Below are positions 1 to 9,278 of a DNA stretch of 32,000 nucleotides, piece after piece; the stretch's first letter is position 1; the number at the start of each line of letters is the position of its first letter. This DNA comes from Thermodesulfobacteriota bacterium (GTDB lineage Bacteria > Desulfobacterota > WTBG01 > JAGOGO01): positions 1,725,622 through 1,757,621 of the forward strand of contig CP113000.1 of assembly GCA_026625185.1 (NCBI GenBank). The letters are read 5' to 3'. The notes under the pieces were generated by a model. It was not told where the DNA came from and did no database searches. It saw only the letters and a list, made by a program, of their open reading frames with translations. Position numbers and translations under genes: made by a program.

Positions 1-23
1 TTAAAACCGGTCCGTGGCAAGGG

Positions 24-743
24 ATGATTCGAAAAGAATATTATTTAAAAAATTTCTTTCACTTATTAGATAAGTGGGGTAAGAATAATAAAAGAACAGA
101 AAATTTGGTTAAGGGGGTATTTCCCCAAGAAAACGCGAAAAATTTGGTTATCCGATACTATAACCAAAACAGCTTTTTCTCCACGCTGAGGTCACTCTTC
201 CAAATTTCTCCAGCCGAAAGAACCTGGGTTACTATACACACCTTGATCATGCGAGGAATACCTACGCTTATGCCCGTTGCTTTTGGTGAAAGAAACCAAT
301 GGGGAGTTTTACGGGATTGCTTTCTTGCCTTTGAAAAAGTGCCCGAGGTCACGTCAGGCGCTGGTCTTTTAAAAGAATTATCAGAGACGCCTTTGATTGT
401 TCAAAATACATTTTTAAAAAAAAGGATTATCTTTCACCTTGCCCGATTGATTCGGTGGATGCATCAAACAGGTGTGTGCCATAAAACTTTGAAGCCGACT
501 GACATTGGTGTTACATTCGATCATAAAAAGGTTTTTTTGCATGTGGTGAATGTGGACGGGATGACGATTAAGAAAAGCGTTGGAATAAATGACGTGGTTA
601 AAGACCTAAGCTCTATACGCCTATCCTTTTTGCATGCCCTGGAACAAAAGGACCAGAACTTTTTTTTCAAAACATATGCCTGGGGAAATACGTTTTTTAA
701 AGTTAACGAGAAAAAAATAAGAGATAAGATGCAAAAAAAATAA
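24..743 (+). CDS. Kdo/WaaP-type lipopolysaccharide-kinase-family protein with degenerate catalytic motifs (possible pseudokinase); may be 5'-truncated by the window edge
   Basis: 239-aa ORF. The frame stays open back to base 3 and the ATG at 24 has no properly spaced SD, so the N-terminus may lie upstream. The motif order NLVIRYYNQ ... RGIPTLMPVAFGE ... HQTGVCHKTLKPTDIGV ... VVNVDGM follows the LPS-kinase fold as I remember it. The expected HGDLxxxN loop reads HKTLKPTD. Confidence 0.55.
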   Translation: MIRKEYYLKNFFHLLDKWGKNNKRTENLVKGVFPQENAKNLVIRYYNQNSFFSTLRSLFQISPAERTWVTIHTLIMRGIPTLMPVAFGERNQWGVLRDCFLAFEKVPEVTSGAGLLKELSETPLIVQNTFLKKRIIFHLARLIRWMHQTGVCHKTLKPTDIGVTFDHKKVFLHVVNVDGMTIKKSVGINDVVKDLSSIRLSFLHALEQKDQNFFFKTYAWGNTFFKVNEKKIRDKMQKK

Positions 744-767
744 CAGCTCATTCAGCAGTAGTGATTT

Positions 768-1217
768 TTGCTCATCACGCTGTTAATTCTTATTCCAACG
801 GCATTGAAACCGCAGGGAGAAGATAAGCTTCCATTAAAACAGGCTGCTTTTTGGATCAATGTGAATAAAAATAAACCCTTTCCGATAATTATGAGCAACG
901 AGCCATCGGTGGGTTATTATGCCGGAGGGAAAAACCTATTCGTCCCGACTTTGGGGTATCCTGAATTTGGGGACTATATTGACGCGAGACAGGTTGATCA
1001 TGTAGGATTTTCGGAGAGGAATATTATTAAGGAATTTTTTTTTTATCACTGCTTCAACCGGAAAAATTTAAAAGAGTTGATTTTGGGAATAAGAAGGTTT
1101 TGTTTTATGAAGTCTCACGCTAAGGGAAATGGCGAGTATTTTAAAAATCGCCCCCATGATTTTTTTGGGTTGCGATTGACGGAAAGGTATAGCTGGGAAA
1201 ACTCTGCCGATTTTTAA
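768..1217 (+). CDS. Hypothetical protein; resembles the C-terminal periplasmic part of GT39/ArnT-like glycosyltransferases (possible stand-alone fragment)
   Basis: 149-aa ORF with a TTG start and one N-terminal hydrophobic segment (LITLLILIPTAL). The stretch KQAAFWINVN...IIMSNEPSVGYYAGG recalls the tail of PMT/ArnT-family enzymes. No clear SD. Weak call. Confidence 0.35.
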   Translation: MLITLLILIPTALKPQGEDKLPLKQAAFWINVNKNKPFPIIMSNEPSVGYYAGGKNLFVPTLGYPEFGDYIDARQVDHVGFSERNIIKEFFFYHCFNRKNLKELILGIRRFCFMKSHAKGNGEYFKNRPHDFFGLRLTERYSWENSADF

Positions 1218-1270
1218 AGAAGGATAGCGCTTTTGTTGAATTTCTCTATGAAAATAATTGGTTAGAAAGA

Positions 1271-2293
1271 GTGAAAAATAGCAAAAGAATAAAAATACGC
1301 ACGGTTATAAAAAGAAGTTTTGTTGTACTGGGGGGGTTGTTATTTTTCCTCGGTATCGTACTAGCCTGGATTCGGTTTGGTTTTATTAAAAAGACGGTAT
1401 GGTCAATTAGTATCTACACGGGCTCTAATTCTTATTCATTTTCTCCCCATCCTCTGGTCAAAAAACATCCTGTACTCCAGGCATCCGATGCTGTCGATGT
1501 GCCGGCTTTTTTTCTGTCCGACCCGTTTATGGTTCAGCATAATAACAAGTGGTTTATGTTTTTTGAGGTGTTCAACAAATTATCACAGCAGGGTGATGTC
1601 GGATTGGCAACCAGCCATGATGGAGTCGTATGGCACTATGAAAAAATTGTCCTTGATGAGCCTTTCCATCTGTCATTTCCTTGCGTGTTTAAATGGAAAG
1701 GTTGTTTTTACATGGTTCCGGAAAGCCGCGGCGCCCATAGTGTGAGATTATACCAGGCAACGAAATTCCCTTATCACTGGACATTTGTTGCCGAACTCCT
1801 TACCGGTGATTATGCTGATCCCTCATTGATTTTCAAAGACGGAAGATGGTGGTTATTTGTTTTGAATCCGGGAGATAAACTCGCGCTTTACTATGCCGGC
1901 GATTTGCAAGGTCCCTGGACTGAACACCCCGCCAGTCCTCTCATAACCGGAGATAAGAAAATTTCCCGGCCAGGAGGGAGACTTACCATGTTCAGGGAGA
2001 AGATAATACGGTATGCACAAATGGGTGTCCCAACCTATGGCGGCGGATTACGCGCATTTCAAATTGATGAGCTCACGACTACAACCTATCGGGAACATGA
2101 ACTTCCTCAAAGCCCCATTCTCAGCGGAAGCGGCAAAGGGTGGAATGCCAAGGGAATGCATCATATTGATCCGCATCAGATCAAAACCAACGAGTGGATT
2201 GCCTGTGTGGATGGGAAAACCAGGGTAAAGGTTTTTGACGGTAAGGACCGAATTGATCGGATGGTACAAAAAGTGAAAAAATTTATCAAATAA
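1271..2293 (+). CDS. Membrane-anchored beta-propeller protein (GH43-like glycosyl-hydrolase fold; family often annotated as glucosamine inositolphosphorylceramide transferase family protein)
   Basis: 340-aa ORF with a GTG start and an N-terminal TM helix (VVLGGLLFFLGIVLAWI). Repeated propeller-blade-like motifs are present: DPFMVQHNNKWFMFFE, GLATSHDGVVW, ADPSLIFKDGRWWLFV, LALYYAGDLQGPW. It sits inside a glycan-biosynthesis neighbourhood. Confidence 0.55.
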   Translation: MKNSKRIKIRTVIKRSFVVLGGLLFFLGIVLAWIRFGFIKKTVWSISIYTGSNSYSFSPHPLVKKHPVLQASDAVDVPAFFLSDPFMVQHNNKWFMFFEVFNKLSQQGDVGLATSHDGVVWHYEKIVLDEPFHLSFPCVFKWKGCFYMVPESRGAHSVRLYQATKFPYHWTFVAELLTGDYADPSLIFKDGRWWLFVLNPGDKLALYYAGDLQGPWTEHPASPLITGDKKISRPGGRLTMFREKIIRYAQMGVPTYGGGLRAFQIDELTTTTYREHELPQSPILSGSGKGWNAKGMHHIDPHQIKTNEWIACVDGKTRVKVFDGKDRIDRMVQKVKKFIK

Positions 2294-2614
2294 ATCGATA
2301 CGTCTTTCTGTCCTTGAGATAAGAACACATGAAAAAATTCCAACGTATTTCAAAACCAAAGGAGTTTATACCTTCAGGCCAAAGTGGACAAATTTTTCTA
2401 ACTTGACTTTATAAACTAATTGTGGTCCGAGCCTTTGTTTTTCATGATAAAAATTGGATTGCTTTCTGGTGAGGAAGCTGCTCTATAATGAATACCTTTT
2501 TCCTGTCCTGATAAACCAGACCACCTGTCCTCTTTGATGACTGAGGCTGCGTCAAAATGAAGTCTTGGTATATATATTGTAGAAAGGTAATTGCCTTTAT
2601 AAAAGGAGCTCATA

Positions 2615-4216
2615 ATGGGAAATCAAATTAATAATAAAAACATTGCTTGTATTGGCGCGGGTTACTGGGGAAAAAATTTAGTCCGCAATTTTTTCTCTCT
2701 CGGCGTATTACATACAATCTGTGACCGTGATGAAGAAATATTAAAAAGGTTTAACGAAACCTACCCGGGTGTTTTATTGAAAACAAATATCACCGAAGTT
2801 TTAAAAGATTCTGCAATTCAAGCGGTGGCGATTGCCACTCCCGCGGAAACTCACTTTGCGCTGGTAAAACAAGCTCTGGATATGGGGAAAGATGTGATGG
2901 TGGAAAAACCATTGGCTTTGAGCGTGCAGGAAGGTGAGGAGCTGGTTTCTCTTGCCCGGTTAAAAGGGAAAATTCTTATGGTGGGACATATCCTTGCGTA
3001 TCATCCGGGCATTCTAAAATTAAAAGAACTCGTAAGTAAAGGAGAACTGGGAAAGATTAATTATGTTTATTCGAACCGACTAAATTTAGGAAAATTCCGG
3101 AAAGAAGAAAATATTCTCTGGAGCTTTGCTCCGCATGACATTTCGGTCATTCTTATGCTTCTGGGGGAAATGCCCGTGGAGGTTTCCGCCTCCGGGGGAT
3201 CTTATCTTCAATCGGAAATTTTTGATGTTACCGTAACGAATATGCGGTTTGCAAGCGGTGTCCGGGCGCATATCTTTGTGAGCTGGCTTCACCCCTTTAA
3301 AGAACAGAAACTTATCGTGGTCGGAGATAACAAAATGGCTGTTTTTGATGATGTTGCTCCGAAAGATAAATTACTGCTTTTTGAACATCGGATTGACTGG
3401 ATTGACCGACAGCCTGTTCCGCGTAAGGAAGATGCACGCATCATTGAACTACCATCTGCTGAACCCCTTAATGAGGAGTGTGTTCAATTTGTAAGAAGTA
3501 TAGCGACCCGCCAAAATCCTCCAACTGATGGTGAAGAGGGAGCGCGGGTCCTTAGAGTCCTGGAAGCATCCCATAAATCTTTAAAAAATAATGGCCTGGT
3601 TATCCCGCTGACGAATGCCCTTCCATCGCTTAAGTATTTTGTCCATGAGACCGGTATTGTTGATGAAAACTGTTTTATTGGAGAAGGAACAAAAATCTGG
3701 CACTTTTCTCATATCATGGATGGGGCAGTGATTGGGAAAAACTGCTCCATTGGGCAAAATGTGTTTATTGGTCGCAACGTAAGAATCGGCAATAACGTTA
3801 AAGTCCAAAATAATGTCTCGGTCTTTGAGGCCGTAACACTGGAAGACAATGTTTTTTGTGGCCCTTCCAGCGTTTTTACTAATGTCCTTAACCCGCGGAG
3901 CTCAATTTCCCGTAAGGACGAATTTCGAAATACTCTAGTGAAGGAAGGGGCGACAATTGGAGCTAACGCTACTATTGTTTGCGGGCATACCGTGGGACGG
4001 TTTGCTTTTATCGGCGCGGGTTCAGTTGTTACTGAGGATGTGCCGGACTTTGCGCTTGTGTTCGGCAACCCAGGGAGAATGCACGGCTGGATGTGCGCCT
4101 GTGGTATTAAACTCTTGTTTTCTTCTTCATCCAAGAAAAAAGCACAGAGCGCGACTTGCTCTGCGTGCGGTAAGCTTTATGAGAAAAAGGCCGAAAAGAT
4201 TTCTCCGGTAGGATGA
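2615..4216 (+). CDS. Bifunctional Gfo/Idh/MocA-family oxidoreductase (WbpB-like) fused to a hexapeptide-repeat N-acetyltransferase (WbpD/WlbB-like), with a C-terminal CxxC...CxxC tail
   Basis: 533 aa. The N-terminus has a Rossmann motif (IACIGAGYWGKN) and EKPLA typical of Gfo/Idh/MocA. The C-terminal ~190 aa is a left-handed beta-helix collinear with WbpD-type enzymes (WHFSHI, GQNVFIGRNVRIGNNVKVQNNVSVFE, VFCGPSSVFTNVLNPRS, GANATIVCG, VPDFALVFGNPGR). The tail reads CACG...CSACG. An AAGGAG SD precedes the ATG. Confidence 0.85.
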   Translation: MGNQINNKNIACIGAGYWGKNLVRNFFSLGVLHTICDRDEEILKRFNETYPGVLLKTNITEVLKDSAIQAVAIATPAETHFALVKQALDMGKDVMVEKPLALSVQEGEELVSLARLKGKILMVGHILAYHPGILKLKELVSKGELGKINYVYSNRLNLGKFRKEENILWSFAPHDISVILMLLGEMPVEVSASGGSYLQSEIFDVTVTNMRFASGVRAHIFVSWLHPFKEQKLIVVGDNKMAVFDDVAPKDKLLLFEHRIDWIDRQPVPRKEDARIIELPSAEPLNEECVQFVRSIATRQNPPTDGEEGARVLRVLEASHKSLKNNGLVIPLTNALPSLKYFVHETGIVDENCFIGEGTKIWHFSHIMDGAVIGKNCSIGQNVFIGRNVRIGNNVKVQNNVSVFEAVTLEDNVFCGPSSVFTNVLNPRSSISRKDEFRNTLVKEGATIGANATIVCGHTVGRFAFIGAGSVVTEDVPDFALVFGNPGRMHGWMCACGIKLLFSSSSKKKAQSATCSACGKLYEKKAEKISPVG

Positions 4217-4231
4217 AACGTTGGAGAAAGG

Positions 4232-5257
4232 ATGACCAGAGGAGTTAAGCTAAAATTTTTTCTTGGTATTATAAGTAGCGCTTTTTTTTTAGCGCTCGCC
4301 CTGCGCAACGTGAGCGTTGCCGAGCTTATCGACTCCTTAGCGCAGGTTAATTATTTTTTTATAATTCCTTCCTTGATCTTGACTTTTTTCGTTTATTGTT
4401 GCCGGGCCATACGATGGCGCTATATGCTCATGCCCATTAAGCGGGTAAAGCGTTCTCAATTATTCGAGATTACCATTATCGGCTTTATGATCAACAATAT
4501 TCTTCCGGTAAGAATCGGAGAGTTGGTTCGCGCTTATGTCCTTGGAAAGAGAGAAAGCTTGAGTAAAAGCCTTGCGTTTGCCACGATCATCATCGAGCGG
4601 CTCCTGGACGGATTAACCCTCCTTTCATTTCTCATTCCCATTTTGCTTCTTTTCTCCTTTCCCCGATGGTTGAAACAGACCGGCATTGTTTTTCTGATTT
4701 TATATTTGGGGGTAATCGGCTTTCTCTTTTTACTCAACTTTTTTTCCCAAAAACTTATTCAGATTTTTGAGAAACTGGTTTCGCCTTTTTCTCCCTGGTT
4801 TGCCCAGCGACTCGGAAGGATGCTCATGTCTTTTTGTGAAGGACTTAAGATATTTAAAACAAAGAAGCAAATTTTCTGGATCTGTTGTTTTTCTTGTTTT
4901 ATCTGGGTGGGCAGTTCTTTAATCCTTATGGTCTTCCTTTATGCTTTCCATATTAACCTGCCCTTTTACGCTCCTTTCCTATTATTGTTCATTATCGCTA
5001 CCGGAGTGGCCATCCCTTCTTCGCCGGGATTCATCGGAACGCTTCAGTTTTTCTGCGTTACCGGCTTGGCGCTCTTTGGAGTTCCGAAAAGCGAGTCGCT
5101 TGCATATTCCATTGTTTACCATGCAAGCCAATACATTCCCGTAACGTTGCTCGGGTTTTTCTTTATGTGGAAGGAACAGCTTCATTTTAAGGAGATAGCC
5201 GTAACCCAGGAAGAAGAGGTCAATGGTAAAACGGGAAATGGAAAGGGTAAAGCGTGA
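4232..5257 (+). CDS. UPF0104 / lysylphosphatidylglycerol-synthase-TM-domain (flippase-like) integral membrane protein
   Basis: 341 aa with about 8 hydrophobic helices. The N-terminal pattern (FLALALRNV...L, CRAIRWRYML, RIGELVRAYVL) is typical of the LPG_synthase_TM/UPF0104 family. A GGAGAAAGG SD lies directly upstream, and the gene starts 15 nt after the preceding gene. Confidence 0.75.
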   Translation: MTRGVKLKFFLGIISSAFFLALALRNVSVAELIDSLAQVNYFFIIPSLILTFFVYCCRAIRWRYMLMPIKRVKRSQLFEITIIGFMINNILPVRIGELVRAYVLGKRESLSKSLAFATIIIERLLDGLTLLSFLIPILLLFSFPRWLKQTGIVFLILYLGVIGFLFLLNFFSQKLIQIFEKLVSPFSPWFAQRLGRMLMSFCEGLKIFKTKKQIFWICCFSCFIWVGSSLILMVFLYAFHINLPFYAPFLLLFIIATGVAIPSSPGFIGTLQFFCVTGLALFGVPKSESLAYSIVYHASQYIPVTLLGFFFMWKEQLHFKEIAVTQEEEVNGKTGNGKGKA

Positions 5258-5263
5258 AGCCTG

Positions 5264-5782
5264 TTAAACCTTGAGGACAAATGTTCCGGCGATTTTGTCG
5301 TGCCAGCCCTGTTTGTTGGAATCAAACGCGATCCATAAGAAACCAAGGAAAAAAACATAAAAAGAGATGTTATATCCTATCCACCTCAAAAATGCCCGCC
5401 GGTAACCGATCAGCCCCCCATCGGCGCTTACCACTTTTAATCCACAGACCATTTTTCCTATTGTTTGTCCGGTATAGCCATAAAAATACGTGAAGTACGC
5501 GGCTCCAAAAATAAGATTGGCACAATACGTTAGGATAATGGTCGTGAAAAAGTTTTTCAAGGAGAGAACACCACCTCCTTGAGCAATACGAGAAGCAAGC
5601 AAGAACAGTAAACCAACTATACTGAGGACGGTTTTATCGATAAGATACGCAATACTTCTTACCCAAAAGCCACCTTTCTCCATTTCTGGGGAGGAGGGTA
5701 TAGATTCTGAATGAACAGTGCTCCAGATTCGAGGATATTCTTGTTCGAGCGCAGGGGTGGTTAAAACTAAATCGGGAGTCAT
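5264..5782 (-). CDS. RDD-family membrane protein
   Basis: 172 aa with three hydrophobic helices. Family hallmarks are present: R..AYLIDK near the start and GWHDKIAGTFV at the C-terminus. Confidence 0.8.
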   Translation of the reverse strand: MTPDLVLTTPALEQEYPRIWSTVHSESIPSSPEMEKGGFWVRSIAYLIDKTVLSIVGLLFLLASRIAQGGGVLSLKNFFTTIILTYCANLIFGAAYFTYFYGYTGQTIGKMVCGLKVVSADGGLIGYRRAFLRWIGYNISFYVFFLGFLWIAFDSNKQGWHDKIAGTFVLKV

Positions 5783-5839
5783 AGAATTTTTTCTTTTAGC
5801 AAATGCTTTGTTTATTGATTAAAGAGATGTCGGGCATTC

Positions 5840-6631
5840 TTAAGTGGTCGTGCCCGGTTCTGAAGGTCCAGGGTTTATGTCTTCAAGAATTCGCGCAATG
5901 TCATCGTCATCAAGAGGTTCGGTTTTGATTCTGCGCGCGGGTGCTTCTCTAGGAGATTGATCCGATAAGGAATTTTTCATGCGCAGGATTTTTTTTCTTT
6001 CCTCGGAACTGAGTAATTCTTGTTCCCCTTCGTTTTTTTCGTAGAGGGATATATCGTCAATTGATAAGTTGATCTTCTCTTGCCCCGGTTCATCAGGGAG
6101 GAATAGTTCTTTATTCGAAGACAGAGCGCTCATAGAGGGTGGGGTTATCGTGAGGTCTTCGGGAAACTCAAAGTCCACCAAGTCTTTTGGCGGCATTTTA
6201 ATATTCTGAAAGTCTCCTCCTCGTGTTGCTAATGGTAAGGTGTCTCCGGGTTTTGTTTCAAAAGAAAAGGCTGCTTTTAATTCTTCGCCTAATGTCTTTT
6301 CTTGCTCCTCAAACTTCGCCTCAAAGGGTTCGGTAGAAAAATCCTGCTTTTTAATTTTTGGTTCCACGGGAGGGGGGACCATGAGCAACCCAGGGGGTTC
6401 ATTCGTAAAAAGGGGGGAAGTTTTTTCCTGCAAAGGGTATGCGCTGATCATAGCTTTGGGGATAGGGCTCGGCGGCGCTGGTTCCTTTTGGGGGATTGGT
6501 CGGGGCTTGAAACCCCGAGTTTTTGATGAACTTAAGCCGAGCTTTGCCTTTTCAGCAAATAATTCTTTACCACATTTTTTACAGGTATTCAGAGAATCCG
6601 GCCCAAAATATCCGCATTTTGGACATTTCAT
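5840..6631 (-). CDS. Zinc-ribbon protein with a long Pro/Glu-rich, apparently disordered tail
   Basis: 263 aa. The N-terminus is CPKCGYFGPDSLNTCKKCG (CxxC-x11-CxxC). The remainder is low-complexity P/E/K/S-rich sequence. It lies 57 nt upstream of, and co-oriented with, the RDD gene. Confidence 0.65.
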   Translation of the reverse strand: MKCPKCGYFGPDSLNTCKKCGKELFAEKAKLGLSSSKTRGFKPRPIPQKEPAPPSPIPKAMISAYPLQEKTSPLFTNEPPGLLMVPPPVEPKIKKQDFSTEPFEAKFEEQEKTLGEELKAAFSFETKPGDTLPLATRGGDFQNIKMPPKDLVDFEFPEDLTITPPSMSALSSNKELFLPDEPGQEKINLSIDDISLYEKNEGEQELLSSEERKKILRMKNSLSDQSPREAPARRIKTEPLDDDDIARILEDINPGPSEPGTTT

Positions 6632-6796
6632 TTATCGCTCCATCGAAATATACACCAATTTTTTTACCCTATTATTACTTTTTTTGCTCAAAAGTCAAGA
6701 TAAATAAAATTAACCAAACAGTGTCTAACTATTTGAATAGTTAACTATTAAAAGACAGCGTTTGTTTTTCATTAAGATGTTTAAAAGCAACCCATC

Positions 6797-8086
6797 CTAG
6801 TTAGAGCACTTAAGGTGTTTTGAAATAGAGAAATAAAAGGTTATTCCCTTTCCCCAACCGGGTTCCATCCATGCCTTACCACAATGTTGCTCGGCGATCT
6901 CTTTTACAACAGCTAATCCCAACCCGGCACCTTCAATCCCTTTTGCGGTTTCTTGTCGGTTAAATAATCCAAAGATTTTTTTGACACTTCGCTTTTTATA
7001 CCCACGCCATCGTCTTTTACCGAAAAAATATGAAACTTGTCTGATTCTTTAAATCCAATTTTAATTTCACTTAAATTATCACCTCCATACTTCAAGCAGT
7101 TATCAACCAGGTTTCTAAAAATCCTCAAAAGTGATATTCTATCTACCTTGATTTCCGGTAAGTATTCAGGCTCATCCCACCTGATTTTACGGACACTGAA
7201 TTGAGGTAAAAATTCTTCTTTAACCATCTGAAGAATTTATTTTAACTCCACATTTTCGATTGTTCCGAATAATTCCTTTGTCGATTTGTATTCATTGATT
7301 TTGCCAATCAGAGCAAGAAGCTGTTATGAAACTTTCATGATTTTTTCACAATAGGTTTTTCCTTCTTCACCGAGAATATCCGAAAATGATTTATGGAGGT
7401 CTTTGGTCAGAGTGTAGAGGCCAATGGCGGGGTTTTTTATATCATGGGAAATCGAATAGGCAAAGAACATGATTTTTTCCGAATTTTCCCTCGCAGCTGA
7501 TAATATATATTGCATCCCGGGACTCATCAAAAAGGGTGCGATATTTTTGTTCACTTTCCATTAGTGTTTGTTCAGCCTGTTTGCGTTGTGTGATATCGCG
7601 TGAGACTCCGAGAATCCCAATCGGGTGACCTTCACTATCTCGGAGAAAACTCATTTTTACCTCCGCCCAGATGGTAGAATTGTCTTTACAAGTAAGTTCA
7701 AGCTCCAATGATCGTGATCGGGATAAATCCTTTTGCCTCAGTTTTTCCCTGGCCATTTCCTCGGCAATATTGGTCATAGCAATTTGATAAGAAGAGGGAG
7801 TCAAAAAATCCATCCCACCCTTAGCCATAGCTTCTTCAACACTAAAGCCTAATAAGCGGGTGACCGAAGGGCTGATATAGGTAAGGCGGAGGTTCATATC
7901 CATGGTCCAGATCACATCGCTTACATTTTCTGCAAGCATCCGGTAGAGTCTTTCACTCCTTTCCAGGGTTTTTGTTGGCGCTCTATATTTACGATCATTG
8001 TTTGCCGGTTCCAATGTAATCAATCGTTGCCGTAGTTCTGTCAATTCACTTAGGACTTGCGCTTTCGTTTTATTTTTGTCTTTCAC
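6797..8086 (-). pseudogene. PAS-domain sensor histidine kinase, disrupted by at least four lesions
   Basis: Three ORF fragments carry successive domains. 8086-7442 has a coiled coil, a PAS domain and the start of a second PAS. 7554-7324 has the HisKA H-box (FAYSISHDIKNP). 7227-6913 has the N-box (FRNLVDNCLKYG) and DDGVGI. The G2 box (EGAGLGLAVVKEIAEQHCG...) is read only in another frame, down to a stop at 6797-6799. Lesions are: an out-of-frame junction near 7480-7500 that removes most of PAS2; in-frame TAA codons at 7324-7326 and 7237-7239; and a 1-nt frameshift in the homopolymer run at 6976-6982. The GTG start with a GGGGGAG SD is still present. Confidence 0.8.
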
Positions 8087-8618
8087 TTTGCTCCCCCTAA
8101 ATATTTAAGTTTTGATTGAACCAAATCACTTAAAAGAGGTATTAGGCAAACCGAAGTTTATCAATCATTCAAGTCCGAGTATGGAATTAGAGCGGCATTA
8201 AATTTTCAAAAGGTTTAATGTTTCAAAAAAAGTTAATGATTTTCAACAGGCATTGTTTAGGGGCAAAATGGGTAGAAAATTTACCCATTATTGAAGGGGT
8301 AGCATGTGCTTTCACCGCAATAACATTTAATGAAACCAATTAAATGAATCAAAAATTAAACAGGCCGAACTACCTTTTAGGCAATCCAGCCTATTTATGA
8401 ACTCATGAAACCATTGGTAATTTCCTCCACGGTTATCTTTCTTTTATTCTTTATTATTCAAGAACTTATAATAATCTTGAATAAAATTATTATAAACCTG
8501 AAAAGGTTAAAATTCAATCAAAACGCCAATTAAAAATCAACTTGACAAATAAGGGAGAATATACAATATAGGAACAACATTATGTTATTTCTTTTGATTC
8601 TTATATGATGAGGACTAT

Positions 8619-9278
8619 ATGAAACTTAATGACCATATATATTTTTATCCTGAGCAGGGGATGCTTGATTGCAATACCTATGTGGTTAAAGATAAGCTTG
8701 TTTTGGTCGTTGATGTGGGTTTGGGTAATAACCTGCCTTTGTTGATTAAAGCCATGGAAAAGGATGGGATTGATCCCCGGGAGATAGATATTATTGCCAA
8801 CACCCATCTCCATATTGATCATACTTGGGCAAATGAGGAGTTAAAGAAGAAAGGAAAAGCTAAAATCAAAATTACCCAAATTCAAAAAGAAAATTACCAC
8901 ATCAGCATCCGTCAGACCTCGTTGTTTTTTGGCCTTGAACCAATTGGGTTTAAAGAAGATGGACCCCTTGACTCACCCATAGACTTAGGTAATATAAAAA
9001 TAGAGATAATTTCATCCCCAGGGCATTCACCCGAGAGTGTCTGTTTCTATATGCCCGAGAACAAAGCCCTTATCTGTGGAGACCTTGTTTTTGACCATAA
9101 TACCGGCCGCTCCGATCTTCCCGGAGGAAACGGGGAGCAGTTGAAAAAATCAATTGAAAAAATTGCCGAGCTTGATACTGAGCTTCTTTTGCCGGGCCAC
9201 ATGGGGATAGTCTCCGGAAAGAAAAAAATAAACGAAAACTTTGAATTTTTGAGAACCAATGTCTTCCGTTGGCTATAG
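8619..9278 (+). CDS. MBL-fold metallo-hydrolase (glyoxalase II-like)
   Basis: 219 aa. It has the HxHxDH motif (NTHLHIDHTWAN), a second His (SPGHSPESVCFY), GDLVF and LLPGH. A GAGGA SD sits 4 nt upstream. Confidence 0.85.
   Translation: MKLNDHIYFYPEQGMLDCNTYVVKDKLVLVVDVGLGNNLPLLIKAMEKDGIDPREIDIIANTHLHIDHTWANEELKKKGKAKIKITQIQKENYHISIRQTSLFFGLEPIGFKEDGPLDSPIDLGNIKIEIISSPGHSPESVCFYMPENKALICGDLVFDHNTGRSDLPGGNGEQLKKSIEKIAELDTELLLPGHMGIVSGKKKINENFEFLRTNVFRWL

Noticed and set aside
2416-2613. 65-aa minus-strand ORF in the gap before the WbpB/D fusion gene
   Set aside because: It has no SD and no motifs, and it overlaps the promoter/SD region of the downstream plus-strand gene. It is likely spurious.
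7237-7326. Two in-frame TAA codons inside the histidine-kinase reading frame, considered as possible stop-codon reassignment or programmed read-through
   Set aside because: TAA ends well-conserved genes here at their expected C-termini (for example aprB2, trmFO, sat). The same gene also carries two frameshifts or deletions, so ordinary pseudogenisation explains it.
8542-8570. Sigma70-like promoter upstream of the MBL gene: exact TTGACA at 8542-8547 and TACAAT at 8562-8567
   Set aside because: The spacing between the two best hexamers is only 14 nt. At 17 nt the -10 would be the poor AATATA. This is not enough to call a promoter without 5'-end data.
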